A DNA stretch of 64,000 nt from Bacteroidia bacterium (GTDB taxonomy: Bacteria > Bacteroidota > Bacteroidia > NS11-12g > UBA9320): positions 160,001-224,000 of the forward strand of contig CBDCFW010000001.1 in NCBI GenBank assembly GCA_965216465.1, given 5' to 3'. Numbering within the stretch: position 1 is the first letter of the stretch; each line of letters opens with the position of its first letter. Under the pieces are notes generated by a model. That model had not been told where the DNA came from and did not search any database. It worked only from the letters and a program-made list of their open reading frames with translations. Shown here piece by piece: positions 26,691 through 37,112 of this stretch. The position numbers and the translations under genes were made by a program.

Positions 26691-27404
26691 ATGAAAAAGA
26701 CTTTAATCATACTAAGCGTTGCGATTGGATTGTACGCTTGTCAAGAGCAAAACAACGACCTTGAGAATGCGAAAAAACTGTATAAAATTGCCCAAGAAAA
26801 TCTTGATGCAAGCACAACCAAAGTAGCTCTAAACCAGTTAATTCTGTTAGATTCTACCAATATGGATTACAAAGATTCTTTGGCTCGTTTGTATATGGCA
26901 ACTGGTAATTACAAAGCAGGTTCTAAGCTCGGAAACTTGGTGTATTTAAGCGGTAAGGCTGATAATGAGCTTAAGGAAAGTCTTGCACTTTCTTACCAAC
27001 AGCTCAATGAAATTGATAAGGCAGAAAAGATGATTGAGGAATTATGGATCGACACCAAAAACTATAAATACCAATACCAAAAACTCGTTTTAGCTTACAA
27101 CAAACGTGATGTTATTGGTTTTGATACAATGGCCACCAATATGATCAATCTTATTGCAAGAGATTCAGTAGTTGCACAAACCACAGTGTCGCTAAGAGGC
27201 CCTGTTTCTGGAGTTAATCAGGATGTGCCATTGTTATCTGCTGTTTACTTTATTGTAGGAAATAATTCATTTGACAACGAGCAAAACGTTCAAAAATCGG
27301 TAGAGTATTTCACACGAAGCCTTAATATCTTCCCAGAATTTGAATTGGCTAGATACTCGCTTCAAGAAATCGAGCGAATGATTGCTGCCTCGCGCATGCA
27401 GTAG
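26691..27404 (+). CDS. TPR-like lipoprotein
   Basis: MKKTLIILSVAIGLYAC lipobox; helical repeats; TATTTTCG promoter at 26674 supports the 26691 start. Confidence 0.7.
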   Translation: MKKTLIILSVAIGLYACQEQNNDLENAKKLYKIAQENLDASTTKVALNQLILLDSTNMDYKDSLARLYMATGNYKAGSKLGNLVYLSGKADNELKESLALSYQQLNEIDKAEKMIEELWIDTKNYKYQYQKLVLAYNKRDVIGFDTMATNMINLIARDSVVAQTTVSLRGPVSGVNQDVPLLSAVYFIVGNNSFDNEQNVQKSVEYFTRSLNIFPEFELARYSLQEIERMIAASRMQ

Positions 27405-27405
27405 T

Positions 27406-27936
27406 CTATTTAGACTCCCACTTCACTTCTTCTTTTCCTTCCTCGCGAAGGAATTCTCGACTGAGCACAAAAAGATAATCGCTCAAACGGTTTAAATATT
27501 GAACCAATATACCATAGTCATCATTTTCGAGAGCTACTACCCTTCTCTCAGCTCTACGGCAAACACTTCGTGCAACGTGAGCCTGAGCACTTAATACAGA
27601 GCCCCCGGGAAGAATAAAGTTTCTTAATGGCTCTAAATTCTCATTAAGCCTATCAATTTCTTTTTCAAGAGTCTCGATATCAGCAGCATCCACCGAAGGA
27701 AGTTCAAAGTTCACCTCGCGTTCAACAGCCAAAAGACTACCAATGTTAAACAAGCGGTGCTGAATATTTTGAAGAAATTCTTGATGCACTTTGCTTGACG
27801 AGCTTACTACTCCTAAAACAGAGTTTAATTCATCTACAGTTCCATAAGCTTCTAACTTCTGATGAGCCTTGCTTACTCGAGTTCCACCAAGCAATGATGT
27901 GGTTCCTTTATCTCCTGTTTTAGTGTAAATTTTCAT
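27406..27936 (-). CDS. ATP:cob(I)alamin adenosyltransferase (PduO type)
   Basis: IYTKTGDKG, YGTVDELNS, RRAER, YLNRLSDYLF. Confidence 0.93.
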   Translation of the reverse strand: MKIYTKTGDKGTTSLLGGTRVSKAHQKLEAYGTVDELNSVLGVVSSSSKVHQEFLQNIQHRLFNIGSLLAVEREVNFELPSVDAADIETLEKEIDRLNENLEPLRNFILPGGSVLSAQAHVARSVCRRAERRVVALENDDYGILVQYLNRLSDYLFVLSREFLREEGKEEVKWESK

Positions 27937-27941
27937 CTTGG

Positions 27942-28622
27942 TTATATGTTTTCGTCGGTATCTACTTTACCATCAAGCAAACGAATTATACGCTTTGCAT
28001 TTTGGGCAATGTCCTCTTCATGCGTTACCATAATAACAGTATTGCCTTCGCTATGAATCTTGTCGAACAGGGCCATTATTTCACTGCTGCTTTTACTATC
28101 TAGATTTCCGGTTGGCTCATCAGCTAATACAATAGACGGGTTGTTTACCAATGCCCTTGCTATTGCAACACGCTGCCTTTGACCTCCTGAAAGTTCATTT
28201 GATTTATGATCACCTCGATTTCCTAAACCTACTTTTTCAAGTGCCGCTTGAGCCCTTTCGGTACGCTCAGTTTTAGACACACCCGCATAAATTAATGGAA
28301 GAGCAACATTTTCAATGGATGTTGTTCTGGGTAAGAGATTAAACGATTGAAATACAAAACCAATTTCTTTGTTTCTTACTTCTGCCAACTCGTCGTCGGT
28401 GCGTTTGCTGACATCTTTACCATTTAACAGATATCTTCCTTCAGTTGGCGTATCAAGACAACCAATCATGTTCATTAAGGTAGATTTTCCAGACCCTGAA
28501 GGTCCCATTAGAGCAACATACTCTCCTTTATCAATCTTGAGGTCCACACCATCCAGGGCATGGATTTCTGTGGTTCCCATTTTATAAATCTTGAAGAGGT
28601 CTGAAATATCAATCTGAGGCAT
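27942..28622 (-). CDS. ABC transporter ATP-binding protein (LolD/MacB-like)
   Basis: [26 protein letters not shown]. Confidence 0.92.
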   Translation of the reverse strand: MPQIDISDLFKIYKMGTTEIHALDGVDLKIDKGEYVALMGPSGSGKSTLMNMIGCLDTPTEGRYLLNGKDVSKRTDDELAEVRNKEIGFVFQSFNLLPRTTSIENVALPLIYAGVSKTERTERAQAALEKVGLGNRGDHKSNELSGGQRQRVAIARALVNNPSIVLADEPTGNLDSKSSSEIMALFDKIHSEGNTVIMVTHEEDIAQNAKRIIRLLDGKVDTDENI

Positions 28623-28912
28623 TACTTCTTTATCACTTTTGGAACTTTGAAGTAATCAGAATCTTTTGATGGAGCATTTTTGAGTACTAGCTCTTTTGCA
28701 AGGTGATCTTTGGCAACATCTTCTCGCAAAACATTTTGCTCGTGACTCATGTATACTAAAGGCTCAACATTCTCTGTATCAACTTCTCTAAGCTGGTCAC
28801 AGAAGTCAATTATTTTACCTAAATCGGATTTAATATGCACCTTGTCTTCGTCCTTAAACTCTAATCGAGCTAAGTGAGCCAAGTCATCTATTAGTTTGTC
28901 GTCAACTTTCAT
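28622..28912 (-). CDS. gatC: Asp/Glu-tRNA amidotransferase subunit C
   Basis: [32 protein letters not shown]. Confidence 0.92.
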   Translation of the reverse strand: MKVDDKLIDDLAHLARLEFKDEDKVHIKSDLGKIIDFCDQLREVDTENVEPLVYMSHEQNVLREDVAKDHLAKELVLKNAPSKDSDYFKVPKVIKK

Positions 28913-29646
28913 GCAAAATTGTATTCGTTAAACTTCTCTTCAATTATACGATAAACCTGATTGGCAAGCTCTACTTCGTCTTCAGGTTTTAGATTTTTGG
29001 TAGGAATAGGTCGATGAACATACATTCTCATTTTACCGGGTGTGCCTCCCCCAGACAATCCTCCAGCTGGAAGTCTCTTCCAATTATCGAGTAAGGTAAT
29101 GGGCACAATTTCTAATCCATGTTGAATAGCCATGCGAAACGGTCCCATCTTAAACTTTTGCATTTTAGGTACAGTTTTCCCAATTCCTCCTTCTGGAAAG
29201 TTAAGTATGCTTACATTTTTTCGAAGCTTTGCATTAGCCATTTTATAAGCTCGTTTAGCTCCTCTAATTGATTTTCGTTCTACAGGAATATCAATAGTTC
29301 TGAAAAAGATGCCAAACACAGGTATATCAGCTAATTCTTTTTTGGCCATAAAGCTGAAATAGAAAGGCATTTGAGAATTCACTGAAACAATGTCAAAATA
29401 GCTAAAGTGATTTGGTGTAAAGATGTAGGTTTTGTCTTTGTCGAGCGGTTCTTCATATATGGTTTCACCCCTCAAACCTGATAGAAACATTAGAGATCGT
29501 CCCCAAAATCCGCGTAAAGCATGAGCCTTCGAGTATCTCGATTCTTCCGCTAAATAGTATCTAAATAAAGGGTACAGCAAGAAGAATAGCAATACAAACC
29601 ATATAAGAAAATATACGGCCCAGGCATATTTTAGAACCTTAGTCAT
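28909..29646 (-). CDS. plsC: 1-acyl-sn-glycerol-3-phosphate acyltransferase
   Basis: NHFSYFD (HX4D), FPEG. Confidence 0.85.
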   Translation of the reverse strand: MTKVLKYAWAVYFLIWFVLLFFLLYPLFRYYLAEESRYSKAHALRGFWGRSLMFLSGLRGETIYEEPLDKDKTYIFTPNHFSYFDIVSVNSQMPFYFSFMAKKELADIPVFGIFFRTIDIPVERKSIRGAKRAYKMANAKLRKNVSILNFPEGGIGKTVPKMQKFKMGPFRMAIQHGLEIVPITLLDNWKRLPAGGLSGGGTPGKMRMYVHRPIPTKNLKPEDEVELANQVYRIIEEKFNEYNFA

Positions 29647-30043
29647 TCAGATGTTTTGTCAGTTTGTGAACTTGAACGTCTAAAAAGTCTTTAAGCAGTT
29701 TTTCAGCCATCAAGCGCATCATAAAGTTCAGCTCTGCATTAATGGTTGCTTCAACCTCAGCCTGCTGATCCGAAATGGACTTTATATTCCATTCTAAATT
29801 AAAATTGAAAGGAAGTTTGTTCTGCGGTTTAAGTTCAAGATAGGTAGGAGAATCTTTCTGAACGAATGCCAGCTCTACCTTCCCAATACCTTCAATATCA
29901 AGCGTTGCTTCGTCGTCAGTTGCTTCAAATGAACGAACTTTGCTTGGCATAAGAATTCGGTAATTCTCAGGTACACTCAAGTATTCAAAAACAACTTCAG
30001 CCGATTGGTTTATTGTAGTCTTATTACTCTTTATTGACACCAT
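29639..30043 (-). CDS. SRPBCC family protein
   Basis: VFEYLS..N...LMP and AELN..M.MM..K.L..F patterns. Confidence 0.7.
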   Translation of the reverse strand: MVSIKSNKTTINQSAEVVFEYLSVPENYRILMPSKVRSFEATDDEATLDIEGIGKVELAFVQKDSPTYLELKPQNKLPFNFNLEWNIKSISDQQAEVEATINAELNFMMRLMAEKLLKDFLDVQVHKLTKHLND

Positions 30044-30557
30044 CGTACATCATATTTTTTGAGATAAATACGGCTGTGAGAATTGATATGATAAATCCGG
30101 TAATCAAACTTTGGGCTATGGCCAATAAGGCATAGCTCATAGGCTTAAACTGTCTTTCTATATCTTGCAGTGTAATCTCCAATTCTGTGCTTTTATCCTC
30201 TTCTGCGATTTGATCGTCGTTGGCAATCTTATCTTTAGCTAACTCAATGGCCTCATTAACTTTTGGTTGATAAAACTCTCCATTTGGGTAGTAAAAGATC
30301 ATAAAAGAAATGATCAACACTAATGCTCGAACCAGTGCAATTAATGATCCTGAAAGTAAGGTCCTTCCGATGCTAATCGTTCCACCCAACAGTTTTCGGA
30401 TTAATATCAATCCAAAAACAACACAAATGATTAGTACCAAGCCTTTGGCTAGATACATGGTCATGGGACTAAAATTGTCGCTTGAATAAAATAGATATTC
30501 TAAAAATGCACTGAAGATTCCAGCGATTCCTCCAAAAATCCAGATTGATTTTTGCAT
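30024..30557 (-). CDS. DUF4199-like membrane protein
   Basis: Four TM helices with a periplasmic helical insert. Confidence 0.65.
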   Translation of the reverse strand: MQKSIWIFGGIAGIFSAFLEYLFYSSDNFSPMTMYLAKGLVLIICVVFGLILIRKLLGGTISIGRTLLSGSLIALVRALVLIISFMIFYYPNGEFYQPKVNEAIELAKDKIANDDQIAEEDKSTELEITLQDIERQFKPMSYALLAIAQSLITGFIISILTAVFISKNMMYDGVNKE

Positions 30558-30571
30558 ATTTTTATTTTCGA

Positions 30572-30868
30572 TTATTCTTCTTCTTGAGTTTTGCGTGTAA
30601 ACTCATCAAAATCATACTCAGGCATTAAATCACTCTTAACGTAGTTCACTGTTTCAGTGAACGCCTCCGAAAACTTATTGAAGTCTTCTTTGTACAAGAA
30701 TATTTTGTGCTTGATATATCCCCCATCCTCATATCGCTTTTTACTTTCGGTAATGGTTATATAATAATCATCGCCTCGAGTTGTTTTAACATCAAAAAAG
30801 TAGGTTCTTTTTCCAGCTCTTACTTTTTTAGAGAAGACTTCTTCTCTGTCATAATTTGACTCACCCAT
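30572..30868 (-). CDS. DUF3276 / PUR-like nucleic-acid-binding protein
   Basis: FSKKVRAGKRTYFFDVK, ITESKK, KHKIFLYKEDF. Confidence 0.9.
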   Translation of the reverse strand: MGESNYDREEVFSKKVRAGKRTYFFDVKTTRGDDYYITITESKKRYEDGGYIKHKIFLYKEDFNKFSEAFTETVNYVKSDLMPEYDFDEFTRKTQEEE

Positions 30869-30932
30869 CTCGTGTCTTTTTTATTAACTATCACAAAAAA
30901 CGTTAAAAAAAGGCAGATTCAGAAACATTTTT

Positions 30933-32723
30933 TTATGACACTTCATTGGCTCTAAGCATTTGCTTGCTGTACAATTCAGCATAAACTCCACCTGAATTAT
31001 ATAAGCTAGTGTGGCTGCCTTCTTCAATTACTTCTCCTTCATCTAGAAATATTATATGGTCAGCATCCTGTATTGAAGAAACGCGATGGCTAATATTTAT
31101 AAAGGTCTGTGCTGAGTTCCATTCGCTCAAATTATTCTTGATTTCAACTTCTGTTTTGGTATCCACAGCCGAAAGTGCATCATCCATCAACAAAATTTCT
31201 GGACGTTTAATTAAGGCTCGAGCTATTGCCGTTCTTTGTTTTTGTCCGCCCGACAGGGTTATACCTCTTTCTCCCAATATGGTCTCTAATCCATCTGGGA
31301 AGCTTCCAATTTCACCGCTCAATGCAGCTGATTCAATAGCCCTATCAAGATTCTCTTCATCTTCAAGCTTATTCCCTCCAAACAGTACATTATTTCTTAT
31401 ACTATCTGAAAACAAGAAAATATCTTGAGCCACATACCCAAATAACTGTTTGAGATTCTTCTGGTCATATTCCTGCATGGCAATACCATCAATGAGTATT
31501 TCCCCTTTGGTCGGTTCATAAACACCCATTAATAGCTTAGCTATGGTTGATTTTCCACTTCCTGTAGTTCCAATTATGCCAAGTTTGTCTTTCGCATTTA
31601 CCTTGAACGAAACGTCTTTAAGCACATAATTGTCGGTTCCTGGATACTTGAATGACACATTTCGAAACTCAATTCCTTCTTTGAGACTTTCTATTTTTAA
31701 CGTTCCTGTAGACTCTTCAATCGGTACATTTAAAAATTCATCAATACGCTTCTGCGAGGCAGCAGCACGCTGAACCAAAGAAGTCACGTAGCCTAATGAT
31801 GCCACGGGCCATGTAAGCATGTTTACATAAATTACATATTCTACGATGTTTCCAATTGTAAAGTTTCCGTTTACTACTTCATTTCCTCCTACATACAGCG
31901 TAATCAATATACTCATCCCCACCAATCCCAAAACAGCAGGCATAAACACTCCATTAATTTTTACCAGCTTCATATTGTCGGCCATGTATTCATCATTTAC
32001 CTTTATAAAGCTTTTAGAAAAATTCTTTTCTGCAGCATATGACTTCAAAACATGGATTCCAGCAAAAGTTTCTTGTACAAATGAGGTGATTTTTGACAAT
32101 TTGGTTTGAATAAGATCACTTTGTTTGTTCATCATATCACTCACCAGATAAATAGTAATTGCCAACAGGGGTAACGGAATTAACACATACAAAGTGATTT
32201 TAGCATTGATGTATAACATCAGGGCAACCACCATGATAATCATACAACTTAAATTCAGCGTATACATGATGGCAGGACCAGCAAAAGCTCGAACTTTTGA
32301 AACATCGTCGCTTATACGGTTCATCAAATCACCGGTATAGTTCTTGGCATAAAAGCTCTGACCCAAATTTTGGTAATGCTTAAATATGTCATTCTTTAAG
32401 TCGTACTCGATGTATCTCGACATCACGATGAGGGTCATTCGCATAAAGAACATAAATATGCCCTTCATGAGTGAACTTCCAACAACTAGAATACCTGCAA
32501 GCAACGCAATACGCGAGGTAGTTCTGAAGAACGGCGGAATTGAATCCATGTACTTTGGTGTTTTGTTTTCTTGTAGCAACAAAACAATGCCATCAATCGA
32601 TTCTCTCACAATCGGAGGAATTACGATGGAGAACACATTTGAAAAGATGATAAATAGCAATCCTAAGGCTATGTATTTTCGATATGTGTAAAAATATTTT
32701 TTAAGTGTGAATAGTGCTCTCAC
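30933..32723 (-). CDS. ABC exporter, fused permease and ATPase
   Basis: TGDLMNR, GTTGSGKST, LSGGQKQR, DDALSAVD. Confidence 0.92.
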   Translation of the reverse strand: MRALFTLKKYFYTYRKYIALGLLFIIFSNVFSIVIPPIVRESIDGIVLLLQENKTPKYMDSIPPFFRTTSRIALLAGILVVGSSLMKGIFMFFMRMTLIVMSRYIEYDLKNDIFKHYQNLGQSFYAKNYTGDLMNRISDDVSKVRAFAGPAIMYTLNLSCMIIMVVALMLYINAKITLYVLIPLPLLAITIYLVSDMMNKQSDLIQTKLSKITSFVQETFAGIHVLKSYAAEKNFSKSFIKVNDEYMADNMKLVKINGVFMPAVLGLVGMSILITLYVGGNEVVNGNFTIGNIVEYVIYVNMLTWPVASLGYVTSLVQRAAASQKRIDEFLNVPIEESTGTLKIESLKEGIEFRNVSFKYPGTDNYVLKDVSFKVNAKDKLGIIGTTGSGKSTIAKLLMGVYEPTKGEILIDGIAMQEYDQKNLKQLFGYVAQDIFLFSDSIRNNVLFGGNKLEDEENLDRAIESAALSGEIGSFPDGLETILGERGITLSGGQKQRTAIARALIKRPEILLMDDALSAVDTKTEVEIKNNLSEWNSAQTFINISHRVSSIQDADHIIFLDEGEVIEEGSHTSLYNSGGVYAELYSKQMLRANEVS

Positions 32724-32752
32724 GAAGTGCTATTTTATATTAAATTAAATCC

Positions 32753-32760
32753 TACTTTTG
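32753..32760 (+). promoter_or_regulatory. -7 promoter element TACTTTTG for ldh
   Basis: Exact TAnnTTTG followed by CAGC. Confidence 0.7.
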
Positions 32761-32795
32761 CAGCAAAATTAAGAAACATAATAATCCTTAAAAAT

Positions 32796-33896
32796 ATGAG
32801 TACATCAACAGTTAGCACCCACGATACAGAATTAGATCTATTTGCTGAGATTAAAACAACAAATCATGAGCAAATAGTGTTTTGTAACGACAATGCAACT
32901 GGCCTTAAAGCCATTATTGCTATTCACAACACAATCTTAGGTCCTGGTTTGGGTGGAACAAGAATGTGGAATTATGCAACTGAAGCTGAAGCATTGAATG
33001 ATGTTTTAAGATTATCTCGAGGGATGACTTACAAAGCATCTATCTCAGGATTAAATCTTGGTGGTGCAAAAGCTGTAATCATTGGCGACGCTTCAAAACA
33101 TAAATCTGAAGCTTTAATGAGAAAGTTTGGCCGCTTTGTTGAGAATCTAAATGGAAAGTACATCACTGCAGAAGATGTAGGAACCACTACAAAAGATATG
33201 GAATATGTAAACATGGAGACTGACAGCGTTGTTGGACTTCCTGAAAGCATGGGTGGCGGAGGAGATCCTTCTCCAGTAACCGCTTACGGTGTTTACATGG
33301 GTATGAAAGCAAGTGCTAAAAAAGCTTACGGTTCTGATAGCTTGAGCGGAAAATCAGTATCTGTTCAAGGTATTGGTAAAGTTGGTATGCACTTGGTTGA
33401 ACTCGTACAAAAAGAAGGTGCTAAAGTTTACGTTTCTGACATAAACGAGGCAAACCTTAAGCATGCAGTAGAAACTTACGGTGCAGAAGTGGTTAACGGT
33501 GACGACATTTACGGTTTAGGAGTAGATATTTTCGCTCCATGTGCTTTAGGAGCCATCTTAAATACGGAGAACATCAATGCACTTAATTGCAGCATTATTG
33601 CCGGAGCGGCGAACAACCAATTAGCTAATGAAGATGAGCACGGTAATATGATTAAAGAAAAAGGATTGCTTTACGCTCCAGACTTCTTAATCAACGCAGG
33701 TGGTTTAATCAATGTTTATTCAGAGTACATTGGCTACAACAGAGAAAATGCAATGCGTGACACTGAGAAAATTTTCGATACTACGCTTAACATTTATGGT
33801 TTAGCTGAAGAAAAGAATATGCACACGCAGAAAGCTGCTACAGTTCTTGCTCAGAAGCGAATTGACGACATCTTAGGCGTTCAATCTACTTACTAA
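32796..33896 (+). CDS. ldh: Leucine (Glu/Leu/Phe/Val) dehydrogenase
   Basis: GPGLGGTR, GGAKAVI, TAEDVG, GAANNQL; start corrected to ATG 32796. Confidence 0.93.
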   Translation: MSTSTVSTHDTELDLFAEIKTTNHEQIVFCNDNATGLKAIIAIHNTILGPGLGGTRMWNYATEAEALNDVLRLSRGMTYKASISGLNLGGAKAVIIGDASKHKSEALMRKFGRFVENLNGKYITAEDVGTTTKDMEYVNMETDSVVGLPESMGGGGDPSPVTAYGVYMGMKASAKKAYGSDSLSGKSVSVQGIGKVGMHLVELVQKEGAKVYVSDINEANLKHAVETYGAEVVNGDDIYGLGVDIFAPCALGAILNTENINALNCSIIAGAANNQLANEDEHGNMIKEKGLLYAPDFLINAGGLINVYSEYIGYNRENAMRDTEKIFDTTLNIYGLAEEKNMHTQKAATVLAQKRIDDILGVQSTY

Positions 33897-33911
33897 TATT
33901 TGGTGCCTATT

Positions 33912-35354
33912 ATGAATTCTAGGCAATCATCTATTTTTCTGATATTATTGAGTGTATTGGTTACCAGTATACTCTTGTGGCTGAACATCATATCTCCTGG
34001 TTTAGAAGGGGGAATGGATTCGTATAACCACTACTTAATTTCGAAATTCTCGTGGCAAAATCCCGAATTGTTTCTTGACTATTGGGGAAAGCCTGTATTT
34101 AATGTTCTAGCCTCTCCTTTTGCCCAATTTGGACTTAATGGCATGTTTGTATTGAACTTGTTAAGTCTGTTGGGATCGGCACTTCTTGCCTATAAGATTG
34201 CTCAGCATTTGGAGCTCAAGCATTATGCTTTTTTAGCATTTACCTTGGCTTTGTTGAGTCCAATCTTTTTAGATAACACCATATCAGCACTTACAGAACC
34301 AATGTGTGCCTTTTTGGTGTGTTTAACGTTTTACTTCCTTGTAAAAGATCAAAATATACCAGGAGCTATTGTTGCAGGTTTACTCCCTCATGCGCGATCC
34401 GAAGGGTTTATCATACTATTTGTAGTATTTCTCTATTTTGTTATGAAGAGAGAATCGATTAAGACATTTCTTTACTTAGGATTAGGAAGCTTGATATTCA
34501 ATACTTTAGGATGGATAATTACCGGACAACCTTTTTGGATTTTTACCGAGAATCCATACATCAACTTCGAGATGTCGGGGAACAATATCTGTGGGTCTGG
34601 AGGCCTATTTCATTATGCTTGGGCTGCACCCTACACTTTTGGACTCGGTGTTAGTGCTCTTGCCCTAATTGCCTTGCTGGTAATTGCATTTCGAATTGTA
34701 AAAGAGCGTAAAATTAACCTCAAGCTCAATGTAGTTGCGTTATCGTTCGTTTTGTACATCCTTGCTCATGCTCTTATATGGTATAAAGGTATGATGGGAA
34801 GCTGCGGATATATCCGTGTTATGGTTGTTGTGGCTCCATTGGCAGCTATATTGGGGGCCTATGCATTTCAGCAAATTGCTCAGTTTATTGACCAGAAATA
34901 TAGTAAAATGGCAAGGACCATTACTTCTGGCTTGCTACTCGTTTTAATTGCTCATGTTTTGTACGTTCCCTATCGCTACTACATCTATAAGTATCCACTG
35001 ACCATTTCAGAGGAGCAGGAACAATTCGAAGAATTAAATCGTTGGTATCAGGAGCAAGACTATAAAGATCGCACCAAACTCTACTTATATCCATATTTTT
35101 CAATTATTGCGGATATCAATCCATACAATCAAGATGAACATTTAGAGCTTTGGGCTTCAAGTTTACAATGGACTAAAAAAGGAGATATTTTAATTTGGGA
35201 TGGCCACTTTGGTCCGAATGAATCAGGACTACCTCTTGATACGCTAAAAGCAAATGAAGAATGGCAGCTTATTCACTCGATAATTCCTAAAAAAACAATT
35301 AAAACGCTCAATGATTATAACTTTGAGATTCATGTTTTTGAAAAAATAAAATAG
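33912..35354 (+). CDS. Multi-TM GT-C-like membrane protein
   Basis: DSYNHY..S..W..P.LFLDYWGKP, LTEP, RSEG, many TM helices. Confidence 0.65.
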   Translation: MNSRQSSIFLILLSVLVTSILLWLNIISPGLEGGMDSYNHYLISKFSWQNPELFLDYWGKPVFNVLASPFAQFGLNGMFVLNLLSLLGSALLAYKIAQHLELKHYAFLAFTLALLSPIFLDNTISALTEPMCAFLVCLTFYFLVKDQNIPGAIVAGLLPHARSEGFIILFVVFLYFVMKRESIKTFLYLGLGSLIFNTLGWIITGQPFWIFTENPYINFEMSGNNICGSGGLFHYAWAAPYTFGLGVSALALIALLVIAFRIVKERKINLKLNVVALSFVLYILAHALIWYKGMMGSCGYIRVMVVVAPLAAILGAYAFQQIAQFIDQKYSKMARTITSGLLLVLIAHVLYVPYRYYIYKYPLTISEEQEQFEELNRWYQEQDYKDRTKLYLYPYFSIIADINPYNQDEHLELWASSLQWTKKGDILIWDGHFGPNESGLPLDTLKANEEWQLIHSIIPKKTIKTLNDYNFEIHVFEKIK

Positions 35355-35406
35355 ATAGTTTTTCCAAGCGATAAAAAAACTTAGGTTTGCCACACCAAAA
35401 CGTTCA

Positions 35407-36345
35407 ATGATAAATAGGAGATTAATAAGAATCAAGGTTTTTCAAGCCTTGTTTGGAGAGTTCGGACAAGAAGACACCAGACCCTCAACTATTACAAATA
35501 ATGTCAGAAAGTCGATTCAGGGTATCGAGCACAATCTTTTAAGCGTACTCAGTTTTGGACCTGAATTTAGCCATTTCATTTCGGCTGAACATGACCCTTC
35601 GGAGTTTAAGTACAATCCGACTTCAGACGATATAAAAACGTTTAATTTAATTACGAACAATAAGTTCATCAACGACTTAGAAAGTACTCCTGAGTTAGAA
35701 GAATACCGTAGCCGCCCATCATTCGATTGGCAGCAAGAAAAGGAAATCATGTTCTTGATTTATAAACATCTGAAAAACACAGATGCTTATAAGATTGCTA
35801 TGGTTTCTCAACTCGACGAGGAGAATTACTTCACATTCGCTAAATACATCTACAAATTTTTGCTGCTTGAATCTGTTGAGTTTGAACAGTTGATGGAAGA
35901 CAAGAATATTTTTTGGTACGATGAAAAAATTCCTATTCTGAAAAGCTTAGAACGTGTTTTTAAGGCGTACGAAGAAGAAGGAGTTATAAAGATGCCTGAA
36001 TTGTCGCGGAATGCCACTGAAGATTTCGAAATGGCTGATGAGCTGGTGAGCAACTATTTTGAGCACAAGACTGAAATTGAAGACTCCATTAATTCTTATA
36101 CCCCAGGTTGGGATAGTGAACGAATTACAAAGGTTGATTTTGTGTTGATGACCATGGCTTTATGCGAGTTCAAGTATATGCCAATGATTCCAGTTAAAGT
36201 AACCTTGAACGAGTACATCGAAATAGCTAAGATGTACAGTACTCCTAAGAGTTCTAAATTCTTAAACGGTACGCTAGACAAGATCTTACAAGACTGGACC
36301 GATCAGCAATTGATAAATAAAAAAGGAAGAGGATTGATTGGATAA
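35407..36345 (+). CDS. nusB: Transcription antitermination factor NusB
   Basis: MINRRLIRIKVFQAL, IPVKVTLNEYIEIAKMYSTPKSSKFLNG; TAGGTTTG promoter at 35382. Confidence 0.93.
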   Translation: MINRRLIRIKVFQALFGEFGQEDTRPSTITNNVRKSIQGIEHNLLSVLSFGPEFSHFISAEHDPSEFKYNPTSDDIKTFNLITNNKFINDLESTPELEEYRSRPSFDWQQEKEIMFLIYKHLKNTDAYKIAMVSQLDEENYFTFAKYIYKFLLLESVEFEQLMEDKNIFWYDEKIPILKSLERVFKAYEEEGVIKMPELSRNATEDFEMADELVSNYFEHKTEIEDSINSYTPGWDSERITKVDFVLMTMALCEFKYMPMIPVKVTLNEYIEIAKMYSTPKSSKFLNGTLDKILQDWTDQQLINKKGRGLIG

Positions 36346-36386
36346 GAGGGATATTTTAATTTTGCCAATAACGTAACGATCAAAGA

Positions 36387-36824
36387 ATGACAAATAAATT
36401 ATTACTGATTGCATTTCTAGCGTTTACACTAGCATCATGCAATTCGCAACCAGAAAGCTCTAATCAGATGTCAGCAGAGCTAATTGAAACTGACTCTGAA
36501 AGTGTAAAAGAAGCTAAAATTGAATTCAAAGAAACCGTTTGGGACTTTGGAAATATAGTAGATGGTGAACGAGTGATTCACACCTTTAAATTTACTAACG
36601 TTGGAGAAGGTGATTTACTAATTTCAAGCTGTACAGCATCTTGCGGATGTACAATTCCTGAATGGCCAAAAGAACCAATTCCTCCAGGTGGAGAAGGGTC
36701 GATTAAGGTTGAATTCAATAGTACGGGTAAAAGCGGAAATGTGACTAAAGACATTACCATTTTATCGAACGCTAATCCTGTAAAATCAGTGCTACAAATC
36801 AAGGTGTTTGTAAGCAAAAAATAG
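36387..36824 (+). CDS. DUF1573 lipoprotein
   Basis: Lipobox LASC; ASCGCTIP, PIPPGG. Confidence 0.88.
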   Translation: MTNKLLLIAFLAFTLASCNSQPESSNQMSAELIETDSESVKEAKIEFKETVWDFGNIVDGERVIHTFKFTNVGEGDLLISSCTASCGCTIPEWPKEPIPPGGEGSIKVEFNSTGKSGNVTKDITILSNANPVKSVLQIKVFVSKK

Positions 36825-36830
36825 AAAGAC

Positions 36831-37109
36831 ATGACACAACAAATGATATTCTTCGTGCTATTTATAGCCGTGTTTTACATCTTCATCTTTTTACCTCAAA
36901 TTAGAAAGTCGAAGAAGCAAAAACAGTTCAGAGCTGAAATTAGCAAAGGAGATAAGATTGTAACAACGGGTGGCATACACGGTAAAGTTGCTGAAATAAA
37001 GGAACTTACAGTTGTTATAGAAGTTGGAGCAGGTGTTAAATTAACCATCGACCGATCAGCTATTAGCATGGAGGCTACGGCTTTAGCCAATGGCGAGTCG
37101 TCTAAATAA
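36831..37109 (+). CDS. yajC: Preprotein translocase subunit YajC
   Basis: TM then PQ..K.K, KGDKIVTTGGIHG. Confidence 0.93.
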   Translation: MTQQMIFFVLFIAVFYIFIFLPQIRKSKKQKQFRAEISKGDKIVTTGGIHGKVAEIKELTVVIEVGAGVKLTIDRSAISMEATALANGESSK

Positions 37110-37112
37110 AAA

